Part shown: one piece after another, positions 50,738 to 64,000 of the stretch | Layout: each line of letters begins with the position of its first letter | Numbering within the stretch: the stretch's first letter is position 1 | DNA from: Tubiluchus corallicola | Lineage: Eukaryota; Animalia; Priapulida | Assembly (NCBI GenBank): GCA_030141605.1 | Contig: JAQGDQ010000160.1 | Span: 62,001-126,000, forward strand | Direction of reading: 5' to 3' | Length of the DNA stretch: 64,000 bases | Program-made: the position numbers and the translations under genes | Notes under the pieces: model-generated | Told to the model about the DNA's origin: nothing | The model's database searches: none | The model's input: only the letters and a program-made list of their open reading frames with translations

Positions 50738-53064
50738 TTTCCATTAGAGTGTTGATGTTACCACAGCATGCTCTTCTTCACTTCTCGTTTTTATGATAGG
50801 TTTAAGTTTGCAGGTATCATCATGACCTTGCAGGCCCAATTAAGCTAGATGTGAACGAAAAAAACCCAAAAATTTTGAATTGTTAACCATTTCATAGCTT
50901 TTTTGTGAATTTAAGTCCTTGTGCACAAACATAACCACATCATTTACACATTTTCTTCAGCTGTTGCGATGAGCGAAAGTTGAATGTATGTTGTATATAC
51001 ATTATGGGTCGACCTAGCGCGTGACGTGAGAAGCCGGAGCTAAGGATCATGAAACGCTAATTTTAGGGCAGCAAAACTGAAGTTAGCAATTCAGCAACAA
51101 TCGCATAACTGTGGCCAAACGTTAGCTACTGGGCGCCAGGGGCCTTAAAAATATTATTGGCCTAGCGTCACATAACAGTACTTAATGTTCAGGCTTTTCT
51201 CCCACATGCTTAAGTGCTGCATCAAATTTTATCACACTGGCTAACAACTTTTTTATATATTTTGAAATTATTTAGACTCTTACATATGTGGCCAACCAAA
51301 GTTATCATTTATAGTCATATCATTTACGAAAAAAAATAATCCAGCTAATCACTATTGGTAAGTGTCTGTTTGAAAGGACAAAAATGAACGAACAAACATG
51401 TATTTTGCTTAAATAAGTTTCATTAATGAAATTTTGCTAAAACAAGAATTATTGCAGTGGTTTGCATGTACTACGCTTTAAAAGAACAAAAGACGCGTAC
51501 AAAAAGTGTCAACTAGATAACAAAGGATTCGAAGCCAAGTCCCAAGATCTTGTGCCGATAAGGCTACAGCATGTACGTGGTCACCCATCTAATACATTTT
51601 TTCACGACGTCACGCGCGTCGTATATCAACATGTAAACCATGAAGCGCTGCCAAACCGTTACTGGTATAAAATGCTGTGAGTCTGCCCCAAACTAATGCG
51701 AAGAAAAACTGGAATCGTTTAGCAAGACATCAACCAACATTATTAGCGGGCGTAAGGTAACACCAGTCTTGTTCAAAATCTAAACTGAAACCAGACGCTG
51801 CACTGATTTACATCCCAGCGTTAGGACAAAACAATGCTTAACAAAAAACAAACACATTAAATCATAGAGCAACATCACACTTACTTATATTATAATTTTT
51901 TATATAACGTTTTTCAATATAAATGTATCGCAATATTTCATACAGTAAAGTGGAGAATCGTATTAATTCATGCTGATGAACTTAAAACGGATGGGCAGCT
52001 AGTTGAAGGAAAGTGTCGTTGCAGTCATGCAGAGTGTACGGATAGCTTACTAGGATATATGTTGCTAGCCATAGTCCTCTACTGAGAAAATAGAATTCTG
52101 GAAAGTTAATATAAATCTGATAACTTGTCTGTCTGTCTATTCTTCTTCTACTTTATGGCAATAAACTTAAGCTATCAGTGTTTCGAAATAGAGTTAAATA
52201 AAAAATCAAATCTCTCAACTGCTTTGCCACACGTACAGCAGGTTTTCTTATAATACTCGCTCATTTAGACGCTGCTCTTAGAATGCCCCTAGTCCTACTC
52301 GTGTTTTCTAACCTAACACTAAACGCGCCCGGGAATATACCCTGGAGATAACGTTTAGCTTGCACTTGTTTGCTTTTCACTTTAGCTGCCGCAATCCGTG
52401 AAATTTTTCAGCTATTTTCAGTTTGTTATTCCGCAAGAAACCGATACATAAGTGGTAAAACGGATAACTGGAATTAACTGTTTTACTAGTTTTTCTGCAG
52501 TTAGAGCATAGCGCGAATGCTGAAATCTCCGATGACTGTTACAATAATTCCACAATACAGCCATTTCGAAAACTGTGGGCTAACCAACTAGTGCGCATCC
52601 AGGAACGTTATTAAACAAAGAAACAAAAAAAACAAATAAAAAATACGCAATATGTTTATCTCGTAACTTTACTGTAAGTTTTATAAATAATTTTGTACTA
52701 AAATTATTGTTTAACAATTAACAGTGAGCACAAAGCACAATCGCCCAAATATCACATTCACATATACTTGAACTTTACGTTTTTAATGTAAGTTATTACA
52801 AAATTATAGCTATGTGATTTCAAGGGATATTTATGTAACACAAAATGTTTTAACAGTCTTGTTTGTGAAATTAGATTTAACATAATTATTATCAATTGTA
52901 AATTTGACCAAATTATCATATTAATGATGGTAATGTTACAATTATTGATGGTTATATTTGAATATATTTCTGATTAAATTAAAATGAAGAAAAATTGAAA
53001 CATTACAAAATACAGCTCAACAGTTTTCTGCAGCGTTCAACAAGCACAAGCGTCTAAAATAAAA

Positions 53065-53325
53065 AATAGTAATGGAATAAACCCACAATTAACCAAATTT
53101 TGATACCAAAACTGAAAAACAAAAGAATATGAAAAGACTTGGGACCCAACCTGTATTTGGACAAGGGCTCTTCTGGTGACCTAGTGGTCTACGGCACTTG
53201 CCTTGTAAACAGAAGGTCCCAGGTTCAAATCCAGGTTGTACTCCAACAGCTTCACATTTCCTGTCTTTCAAGTTTAGTTATCAAAATTTAATTTAATTAA
53301 TGGAGTCTGTTCCATCATTAATAAT
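53065..53325 (+). mobile_element. tRNA-derived SINE preceded by an inverted copy of its own 3' part (fold-back dimer)
   Basis: A box TGACCTAGTGG (about 53177-53187), B box GGTTCAAATCC (53222-53232). 53065-53173 is the reverse complement of 53212-53325 with scattered mismatches. Confidence 0.72.
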
Positions 53326-55264
53326 AATCTTGACATTAAGATTATAATAACTAGAAAAACAGTTTTGGGATAGATAAAAAATAAACAACATGCTGTAAAA
53401 GAAAATTATCATTAAGTGTAAGTGTTTATTTCTGATATGTTTTTTAGTTTGGCATATATTTTCTTTTTTGAATACAACTTGATAAATGTACTTCAGTGTT
53501 ATTAGTTTTATTCTCTACATGTCAAAATACACTGGATCACCTTGGAAAACTTGATTGCTTTAATTTTTATGTTTATTTAAATTAAAGTCCTTATATAACA
53601 GTCATGTATGTCACACTTAACATTTACAAGGTTTATGATATAAGATGTATATATATATATATATATGATATATATGACACATATATAATATAGATATGAG
53701 AATGACATTACCAATAACAATGATATCATTAGACGGTATGATAATCAATAAAAAACCAGATTTTATCAACAAGGTACAATAGTGGCACAGCACATTATAC
53801 AGAAAGGGCAGTTCAGAATGCACTTTTCTCAATCAGACTATGTAGATTATAACAATTAACAAACATTTCAGCATGTACACTATAGTATGGTATATACAGT
53901 AAGTGCCATGCCTTATGATGCAACACAGAAGGGCATACTACACTACACAATAAAATTTTCAATTTTTTGAAGGTAATCATTTGCACAAGCAAGCAAAATC
54001 ATTTAAATAATAACAATTCTCAATATAACCAGAAAATGCAAACTCATGTTAACAGTAATAAACGAATTTAATGTAGTTGGTGTTACTTTTAGACACTGAC
54101 AGCGGTAAATGCTTCCCACCAAAATGTCTGAACTGCAAAAGGATGTTCAGTTTTACCATTTTTGGCCTAATGGTAGAGAGCAATGATCAGAACTACATTT
54201 CTTACCAATCAGTCTGCTGGTGAGATGGCAATAATCTCACAATCTCTTAATATTGCAACCAAGTGATGAATAAGTAATAAAAACATGCAAAATTTTCCAA
54301 TGAAAATGGACAGGAGCTCAGTTTTAATAGCAATGACGTAGCATCATCATCATCACCAGTAAAAAAATTTTCCAGAGGCTGCGTGTACAAAATTTTGAAA
54401 AATTCTGGTCAGTCTTTTTGTCCTCTACAACACCAGGAACCTCTCAGACAACCAGAACATGCCTGTAACACCCTCCTAAATGCCTAAGCAATTGCAAAAA
54501 ACTGCTTTTATGGAGGCATAATTCCTACATTTCGAAGCGTTCTGTATTTGCAAAAAGCACCAATATTAATAGTTTTTGACTTTTCACTTCCAAAGTTCAA
54601 ATCAAAAAACAAAAGATGAATGAAATGACACCAGACTGAGAACTTTAACCTGAAATAAATGGGTTAACTTTAACTAGGTAACTTAGGAAACTAGGTAGAA
54701 AGTCATTCATCCATAAAGAAATCCAGACATGTACTATGATATAGATATTGCACAGATATAGTGAATGAGTTAGCAATGTGTGCTACTAATGAATATTTGT
54801 AAAAACCTGCCACACCCAGCTGCATTTATTATTGTAATAAGCCTTTTCAGTATTCCAAAAATTGATAAAAGGTCCATTGTTAGCAACAGGATTTGTGTAC
54901 ATGGCCAGATTTTTCCAGTTGTAGTGGTTGGACGTTTACTTACACGACTACCTCTGCTGTTCTATTATGTTATTTTGGGTAAGAGGAACATGTTAGATTT
55001 ACATGAGTATCAGTCAAACAATTTAGCTTGGCTAAAAGCTTCTCTATTACAGACGTTTATTAAATTTTGCATTACATATTATACTTCTAATAGTATGGTA
55101 TTAGTATCGATCTAATACCCTTCGACCTTACGGGTACAGTAAAAAATAACCTAAATAAAAACCAACAATTTTCATTGCTGCTCAGTAACAATTTTTTTGG
55201 AAAACTGATTTGTTTTACTAAGTACTATTAGATAAATAAAAAAGGAATGTAAATATTGTGAATG

Positions 55265-58200
55265 CTACATATATGTAGTAATTGTGTTTTCGTCATCACT
55301 GCTTGTACTCAATAGACCTTTATATGGAGTATCCACTGCCTCAACAAACTTATTCCTCTGCAAACCACTGCTAACTTGACTCAGCTTTTCCAGAATGCTG
55401 CTCTTTAGACTGCGGCGCCCTCTGTCTTCTGAAATTGAAATTGAAAATATTTAATTCATCTGTCCAAACATCAATTTTTCCTAGAATTTGGAAGAAGGCC
55501 AATGTTTGTCCAATTTTTAAAAAAGATAATCGTCAACTAAAAAACAATTATAGGCCTGTGTCATTTCTACCTTGTTTGTCAAAGATCTTGGAAAGAATCG
55601 TTTATAAATATCTGTTTAATTACCTTATTGTGGATAATTATTTATTACCATTTGGAAACTCTGGGCTCAAACCAAACGATGGTACGATTTATCAGCTACT
55701 TCACATAGTGCACAATATTTATCAGGCACTTGATGCGGAATTTGATGTAAGGGCTGTCTTCCTGGACATCTCTAAAGCATTTGATAAGGTTTGGTATTGG
55801 GGTCTGCTGTTTAAACTCAAACAAGTCGGTATAACAGGGAATTTGCTAAATTGGTTTGAGTCCTATTTATCTAACCGTTGTCAGCGTGTTGTATTAAATG
55901 GTAAATACTCTGACTATGGCTTCACACATGCTTGTGTGGCCTTATTTGCTCCAAAGCAATGAAAGGCTCCAATACAGCAAACTTATTATATGATAGTGGC
56001 TTTGACCTGCTATGTAACAGAAGACTTTTTCACAAACTCTGTGTATTCTATAAAATTGTCGATAGATTGTGTCTACCTTTTCTATATGAATTACTGCCCC
56101 CTACTAATACTGAATTAACTGCTCATTTATTAAGAAATCGTAATAACTTATCTTTATTCTGTACTCGTTGTGAATACTTTCATAATTCTTTCTTTCCTTC
56201 AGCTGTGTCCATTTGGAGTAAGCTTCCTTCTTATATACAATTATCAACCTCGATCAGTAGCTTCAAACGTTATTTAAAGAATTACATCGGTTTCATAAAC
56301 AGACCCAAATATTTAACTCAAGGTAAAATTCCGTACTGTATACACCATACTCACTTAAGAATAGGTTTTTCTCAGCTTAATCATCATTTAAACATGCATG
56401 GTTGTAAAAATTCTGTGGTAATATTGTTGGTAAAAATATTCTTGTGGTTATTATATTGAATCTATTACCCATTATTTGCTTGAACGCCCTCTATATGCTG
56501 TAAGTAGAGAGCAACTCATGCACAAGTTATCCGATTTGTAATTAAATAACATTATTCCATTTGACATTATTCTTTTGGATACTGAATCTCTAATTAGTAT
56601 ACTCTTAAACGGTAGTACCTTCTAAACAATGAACAAAATATAGTTATATTTGATATTGTTCAAACATATATAAAAAATACTCGATGATTCGCCTATTAAT
56701 GTGGTTCATTTTATGCCTTTAGCTTTTTAATACACAGCATTGTATTTCATTGTACATTAATCTATTTCTATCATTTTATCTGTTACACCACCTGTATACC
56801 ATTTCGTCTTCCTGAGGCCTCTCTATCAGTGGCAACTGTCGCCCAAAGGTTTATTTTTGTCTGCCCATTTGTAAAAATACGGTTATAAAAAAATTGATCA
56901 ACAAAAAAAGTTTCTTAATGGGTTGATAAAAGGAAACATGTAAAAACCACAATGTTAAAGGGCACTACATTTTATACATAAGTAAAAGCATTGATGGCGC
57001 TGGCAAACTTTACAATAAATATGCTACCCAGATTCCCACCTTGCCAGATTCCAAGATACAATAAATGAATAGATGTGAACTAATACAATTATGATTAAAA
57101 TTCTAGTCAACATCAAAAAAGAAGGAATTGACTGTACTTCTTATACATTTTGGCAAGCTGCAAGCCAGAATCTAGCACTCAAAGGCAGAATCTACTCAAG
57201 GAAGATGCCTTGCCACAAAGGAACTACCAATTGTTAGTATCTTTGCCTTATAAAACAAAACCCAGAGGACAAAAGTTTTTGCACCTTGCCTGTCCAAGCA
57301 TGTTTTGGAGCATGGCTGGTACATCACTATTAAGTGTTAAACTTTTACATTCAATTTTTTTCTTGTAAAAATGAATATTCAAACTTATCATTACACTGGA
57401 AAGTAAAATGGTTACTAATTAATACTAATTAAGCTTACCAGGTAAAAAGTCTTCTAATCCTCTATGTGCTGATATGCTATCAGAAGAGCCCTTCCTGCTT
57501 AGACGTTCTGCTTCTGCACGCAGGTAATCTAAATATGCTTCGGTCTCCAGAGTATCACGAGTTGGTTTTTTGTACCTGATATAGAAAGAGTTTAATACCA
57601 TCCCCATCACAACTGTTTGCAATATAAATGAAATACAATTTTTTGCAATGTTTAAATAAGAGGAAGTGCACTTATAGACATGTACAACCAGTTTTTCTGT
57701 CAAAACAGATAGTGAAATCGTATCTTTAATTTTGCAATATTAGCCAACTTTGATATAGCTTCTTTCTTGCAAAACTGGCTTCTTTACTTCCACAGAAGCC
57801 TGTATCTAAGCAGTCCATATTTAACATGCTATAAACTTTATAGGTTTCATTTGTATTATGTTTGATAACATTAAGAGTGGCAACTTTGCCTAATAAAGTG
57901 TAACTGGGCTTTCTACACTATCTGCAACATCTGCCAACAAGTCTTTACACAATAATTTTCAAACTAGACGCATCAACATGCCCTGTGCTTTTGCAACAAA
58001 AAACGTGGCGATCATAAGACATAAATGTAAACTGAAAAGCAATCTTTCTTTTATAATGCATATTTCATGTTCCAGTGCTCTTACTTGCAGAAAAGAGCAG
58101 CAATATAACCGTATCACGTTAACACATCTCTCATTATGTTTTACTTACATTTATAACAAACTAATTTTACTGCTTACATTTTCAGAAACAATGAAGAACC

Positions 58201-61200
58201 AAGCACTGAAACACTAGATGCTGCCATTGCTGCTGCAGCCATCCACGGCTGTAGACTGAAACCAATCGGTTTTAGGATACCTAAAGTTAGCACACGCAAT
58301 GTAAACACACAAACCAAAAATTAACAATTAATATAAACACACACAAATCTAGACAATGCAGAACAAAGCAAGAGTGAGTAGAGAAATAAAGGGAATAGAT
58401 AGTGGGTTTTCCTACCAAATGACACACTTGTGTTACCCTCTTGACTATGAAAGTATTGTTTACGTTTACAAGAGTGTAATGTTGTGATGCATGTATTGCT
58501 CTACTGAAAATAGCTGCATGGTTTGTTTAAGATTATTGCTTAATGCTCATTCTAGAATTTTAGTTGTTCTTACAAATAAGAATATATACAAACATTATAA
58601 TCCTAGCATGCCCACTCTAAAAATTGACATTTACTGCAAAACATTGAATAATTTACATTACTGCTTATAAAAAGAAGAATGCTTGGGCACTATGGTCTGT
58701 ATAAACATGCATTCTCAACAAGCCACCTATGAGTGGGGAAAAACTAAAAAAGATATAAATGGACAGACACCATATATAACAGTTCATACTGACGATAAAA
58801 AATATTTTAAACATACCGATTCACATTCACACACTTTCATTAGGACACACAATAATAAATATTGCATATTAATTTGTTACACAATTGAAAGAAAATAAGC
58901 AAATAATAGAGGTTTTTGAGAGTGCCCAAATTGCTAACGGTGTCATTCGTTGCAAACTCAGAAAATATTCATATTCAAAAAACGCAGCTAGTATGAGTAG
59001 TTTCACTAACTGTTGCTGTCAACACTGTCACTCAATTAACAATTACTGCTGATAGAAATTTATGAAAATCAGGAAGTGATTCTTGGTCAATTCTATTATT
59101 TCAGGGCAAACAGCCATTTAGCCAGTAGTCACATTGAATTTACATGAGAATGTTAACAGTCTTCTACATTTCATGCAGCAGTAAAATAAAATAAACGAAT
59201 GATCTAGATAATTTAATACCTGCAGCTATAGGAATGCCAAAAAGATTGTACACACTTGCAAAAAAGAAATTGAGACGAATGCGTTTAACAGTACGGTGTG
59301 AAAGGTCCAAAGCAGCTACCACATCCAATAAATCATTCTAAAGTAAACAATAAAAAACATTAGTTTCACATAATAAAAAAATGATGATCCGTTTTTTGAT
59401 ATGAAACAGAGAAACCAATGTAATTTGAAACATGCAACTACACATCTATGGTTTATCAAAATGCAGGAATGCGTTTTCACCAAAAACGTTACCAATGGTT
59501 CATCCCTCAGTGAACACTTGATATTTAATGTGTAATGTACTGTCGATTGCCCAATTTACAAGTGATCAACATTTCAAATCACTTTGTTTTACTCATACTT
59601 ACTAAACTCAATCAAACATTTTGACTATGTGACATAATAAAAACATTAACTTCTTTATTCAAGTCACAAAATTTAAAATTCTTCCAATAAAGTCAACAGT
59701 ATAAAAAACACTTACTCGTATTAAAACAACATCGGCAGCCTCCACTGCAACATCAGTACCACTTGCTATTGCTATGCCAACATCAGCTTGCGCTAATGCA
59801 GGCGAATCGTTTACTCCATCACCTACCATGGCAACCCTAATCCCAGTTTCTTGCAGCTGCTGAATCTTGTGCACTTTATGAGAAGGCAGCACCTCTGCAA
59901 ATACCTTCTTAATTCCAACCTATCACAGGAAAATACAAACAAATAAAATGTGAATAAATTTTACATTTATGTGTATTTATTTCTTTATCCATTTAGAATA
60001 AATTGTCGATAAATTGGTATAATATACACAATAAAAAGGTGAAGAACTTTAATTACTTTTTCTAATGTCAGTGCTTGGCAAGCAGATGGTTTGCTAAACT
60101 AACACAGTTGCCTTTTCGAGCTAACTATATGAAGGTCGTCCATTTTATAACATTTTATAATTGCATGTACATTCTACTTATGCGTATTTAAAAAAACAGC
60201 TGACGAGATCTCCTGCTGGCTTAGGCAGGGTAAACTTTTCCGCCGTAAACCCAGTATACTATGTAAGACCGTTTGGAACTACATTAAAAACTATAAGCAT
60301 TTCTTGTAAACATTTAGCAATTTACAGTAAAGCTGGTATTAGCACCTTAACCTACTCAGCCGTACTTGCAATCCTGAAATAAAGCTTGGCTAACATAGCT
60401 GTTTAATGGTGCTAAAGACCCGAGTACACATAGAAGCAGAAGTTCTGTTACCAACTTCATTTTCGTGTACCATAAGTATCCCGTATATTGCATCAATCAG
60501 AAAAAACTGGCATTCCTGTATAGTTCCTTAAGTCCAGAAAAACATTTCCCCAAACTAGCGTGTAGCCCTTCAACCAAGGAGAAGCATTTGTAAAAGTTGT
60601 ACCAAATGCGCATTTTCGTCAACCAAACCGAAGCTGATTTTTTATGCTTGTGGTGTGCCACCGAACCAAAGTTTAATCGAATGATCGGCTGTGCTGCCGA
60701 ACCAAATTTAGAATAAAATATCTATAAAATAGAATAAGTTAAATTGGAATACCAGACCGAAGCCAAACCAAATTTTTTTACCAAAACTGAACTAAATTTT
60801 CTTTCTAGTTCAAAATTATAAACTCTATGTTTTATGTTTTAAGTTGATGGTGACTGGTGAACAGTGTAAAATTGTTCTGATTACTAAATCTGTGTTTGTA
60901 TTTAATAATTAAAGTTAATTGGTAATAAAGTATTAAGTATTTTAAAAGCAGCCCCAATTCTATCAAAAGCTGTTCAAACTATTTTGTATAATCAATAAAA
61001 TAATATTTAAGCAAAACTGAATAGTATAACTGTTTACTAGTTCGAGTTCTCATTGATTTATTTCGTCGTGTATAAGCCATAGTATAAGCGAATACAGCAC
61101 CACCATGCTGCACTGATACGATTTGTGTATCGACGGTGCACCACATTCTTTGAGTTATCATACAGAAACAGAAATTAAATGACGGCTGTTGTGCCATGTT

Positions 61201-64000
61201 CTCTGCTATGGCATATGAAATATAATTTTCACCCGTGTCAATTATTAAAGAAGTATCTTCAGGTATACGGAAGGTTCGCCAAACCTTTAGGGGTTACAAC
61301 CAAAGTTTACCGGAGCAGATTTTTTGCTGATATTCGGGGAAAACATTTTGTGGTCTGAATATGTGGTGCATCCCTATGTAAAAGAAACCAAAGTTAGTGT
61401 GTAGCCCTGTCATCCTCTTTCCAAAGAACCATAAATTTGCACATACTAGAACTATGCTCTTGATAACTTTTAGCTCTTTACCACCCTTTCGCCAATCAGT
61501 TTACCATCATATTTCAGATATACTAATCATCATAATAATTTTGCTACATTGTATCATATCATTGTTGTATTGTTTTTTTTCTGTAAAAAGGTGATAAATA
61601 AATATACTTCTAACTTACTTATTTACTATGCTCCGAAATTTATTTCCTTGAATAAGAATATCTGAATGCGAGTTAATTGTAAATAAATTTGGCATACTCT
61701 CTTACACCCCTGTTATGCAAACTTTCTCAGATTACCTGTCGAGCTATAGCCTTTGCAGTTTTAACGTTGTCTCCTGTAAGAAGAATGATGTCTAGACCAA
61801 GATGGCGCAGCGAATGAACAGCTAGATGTGCCTCTGATTTAACTGAGTCTGCTACAGCTATCATGGATATCAAAACTCCTAAAATTACGATAAAAATTTT
61901 ATTACAATCACAATTTACACAACTTGACAAAATAAATATCTTAAATGTCTCTGTAATTTTGAGCTTACCATCAATAGCAACCAACACGGCAGTTTGCCCT
62001 TGTTTCTCTTGCTCCATCATTTTACTATCTATATCGTCAGAAACACTTAGACCATTTCTGTTCATCCATTCCCTGTTCCCGATCAGCACGACAAAGCTCT
62101 TACTGTTTGGTTCCGGTGTAACTAAAAAATATGAAAGGCAGCATCTTTTAACTATTTTAAAACTAAAGGTAAAGCAAGACTATCAGTAGCACTAACAACC
62201 AAATCACCAGTAAGTTAGCATTTTCCTTACAAAAAGTCTATCCTTTGCAGATAACAAACGGTCTCAAGAAAATAGCCTACAGTAATGAGAAAAAAGTATT
62301 GGGAATTATGGCAACACACTTACGCTATCCGCAAGACGAGCTAAAATGTTCTCACAAATCTTGTGATTCACATGAATGAAAAAGAACATTTTCCAAATTA
62401 TTTGTGCATCAAATGTGCATCAAAATTTGTCTTCTACCTCATAGAGGAAGGAAAGCGACATTTTCGCTTAAAAATGCTGCATTCATAAAAACCAAATGTG
62501 CACTAAGAAAGAAGAGAGCAACTATTAACGTGGTAATCAGTGCATTGTAATTAAGTGTATGTGGTTCATTAAAAGAAAGAAAAACTTAAAAAACGAAGGC
62601 ATTATTATATTTGCACATTTTATTGTATCAGGATGTTACCAACTCATAATTTAGGCATACCAGATTATACACTGCTATTAATTTAAGAGATTAATTAATG
62701 TATGGTATAACATTTACATCAAGAAAATCGGCATGACAATTATACAACTAACATTTACCACTTTAAAATGTGGGGAGGCAAATTATTAAAGTCACTGCAC
62801 ACTAAGCAATGAGCACAAGGTCTTACTGTCTGCTTGGTGGTAACACAGCATCTGCCGGGCATCACTACACGGTGATTATTGTTAAAAGCATTGCAAGAAT
62901 AACTTAAACTGGAAAATAAAAGAACTGGTTCGTGGACAAATCCATGACAGGTTACTGCCTGATACAGGATCAGGAAGCAGCAGTTCAAAGGTTAGCATGT
63001 TAGATGATTCATGATAATTGATCTATTTTTTCAATAACGACTTTCTGCAATATATGACACATACTCAATTACTAAGCTTAAAGCTAAAGGTCAGATTACT
63101 AAGTTCAAAGCCAAGGTGTGAAAATCTTATGGCATAAGTTTATTCCCTGGTTGTCGCATAAGCAAGAATAACCTATTTTGGGCATTTTGTCGAAAGTTTT
63201 CAAAACAAATGGAAAACTTTCAATTTAGTAATATTAACAAAAACACGTTGTGATCAGTTTTTTGTATGTGTTTAGGCACAAACTATAGGTAAAATCTGTA
63301 AACCAAATAGAAACTGTTCAAAATTGAAAGCAAAGATACACATACATTGCATTTTTGAAGAAGTAGAAGACACAGAAAGCTGCTGCAACGAATGTTGATC
63401 AATAATCACACCATCTATCTGTACAGAAAATGGAGCACCAGTGCTATTCACCACATTTCTGAGCACTGTGTGTGCATCAGCAGACAACATTGGTTCTATA
63501 TTACTCACAACACATTTTAATCCACAACCAGGCACTGACTGAAAGTCTTTGCATGTTCCTATGTTTTCAGTATTCAATACCTGGAAAGTTAATCACAGTT
63601 AGTTTCACTTTATGTAGAGCTTCACAGTATCTCCCCATAGTTAAAAATATTTATTAGTTTTAAAAATGCAATACTTCTTGCACCTAAAAATATGTTGTTG
63701 ATTAAAAATTGGTAAATGTTAATGGAATTCTCAACAACAATTATGTTGCTGGTAAAACTGTGATGTGCTGAATACACAACTGCTGCAGAAAAATAAATTA
63801 CTCCACAAATAAAATAACGGAGCATACAATAGTGCACACTAGCACTAAAGAAAATGTTACCTCTTTTACGTAGCTGGTTATGGCTGAAGCAATAGGATGT
63901 TCGGAGTTAGCCTCTGCGGTACCCACAATGGCAAGAAGTTTAGTAATACTGCAGACTTGCTCTTGTACAAAGAGAGCTACCCGAGTTACTTTCGGAGCAC
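55265..64000 (-). CDS. ATP7: Copper-transporting P1B-type ATPase ATP7 (3' part; 5' end lies outside the window)
   Basis: Exons (minus): 63861->64000, 63346-63580, 61969-62121, 61736-61878, 59716-59919, 59220-59337, 58178-58280, 57439-57575, 55265-55428. Motifs [36 protein letters not shown] (TM7), MAASSVSV (TM8), and a C-terminal dileucine ...[12 protein letters not shown]...M*. Confidence 0.95.
55439..56890 (+). mobile_element. 5'-truncated, internally deleted CR1/L2-type LINE in the last ATP7 intron, antisense to the host
   Basis: RT N-half: [53 protein letters not shown]. It then jumps to the post-RT region ([25 protein letters not shown]). A-rich 3' end; candidate TSD AAATTGA at 55432-55438 and 56891-56897. 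Confidence 0.9.
60620..61378. mobile_element. Probable decayed hAT-like element with AACCG/ACCGAA subterminal repeats
   Basis: Clustered AACCAAACCGAA/ACCGAACCAAA motifs at 60620-60800 and a right end GGTGCATCCCTA; no left TIR recognised. Confidence 0.35.

Noticed and set aside
53174-53245. Functional tRNA-Tyr(GTA) gene
   Set aside because: A and B boxes are present but the acceptor and anticodon stems do not pair properly, and a shared non-tRNA tail recurs at 48.2 kb, so it is a SINE.
24228-64000. Functional cluster linking ATP7 copper supply to cross-linking of the Tyr-rich proteins
   Set aside because: Attractive because phenoloxidases need copper, but the genes are about 24 kb apart with unrelated genes between, and animal neighbourhoods rarely imply shared function without synteny data.

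Overview
AT-rich, intron-containing animal genomic DNA, probably from an arthropod or other invertebrate; the taxon is inferred, not proven. I spliced gene models by hand from GT-AG sites and reading-frame continuity. Housekeeping genes: a complete drebrin-like/Abp1 gene (-, 14 coding exons); UBFD1 (-, 8 coding exons) head-to-head with BUD31 (+, 4 exons); and the 3' part of a copper P1B-ATPase ATP7 (-), running off the window end. A TPM-domain/MOLO-1-like single-pass membrane gene (-, 4 exons) lies between BUD31 and ATP7. The most unusual region is the 16.3-kb fourth intron of UBFD1. It holds two same-strand nested genes for secreted Gly/Tyr-rich structural proteins, each with its own promoter, clustered YCAAGG (FTZ-F1-like) sites and the same exon plan. 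It also holds a 16 x 45-bp tandem array with an internal stem and variation confined to 5 nt per unit. Transposon features include a four-layer nested stack (39.7-42.0 kb), a LINE inserted into the polypyrimidine tract of the last ATP7 intron, a fold-back tRNA-derived SINE and a 77-bp-arm intronic hairpin. Most short ORFs in the six-frame track are spurious or are fragments of exons.
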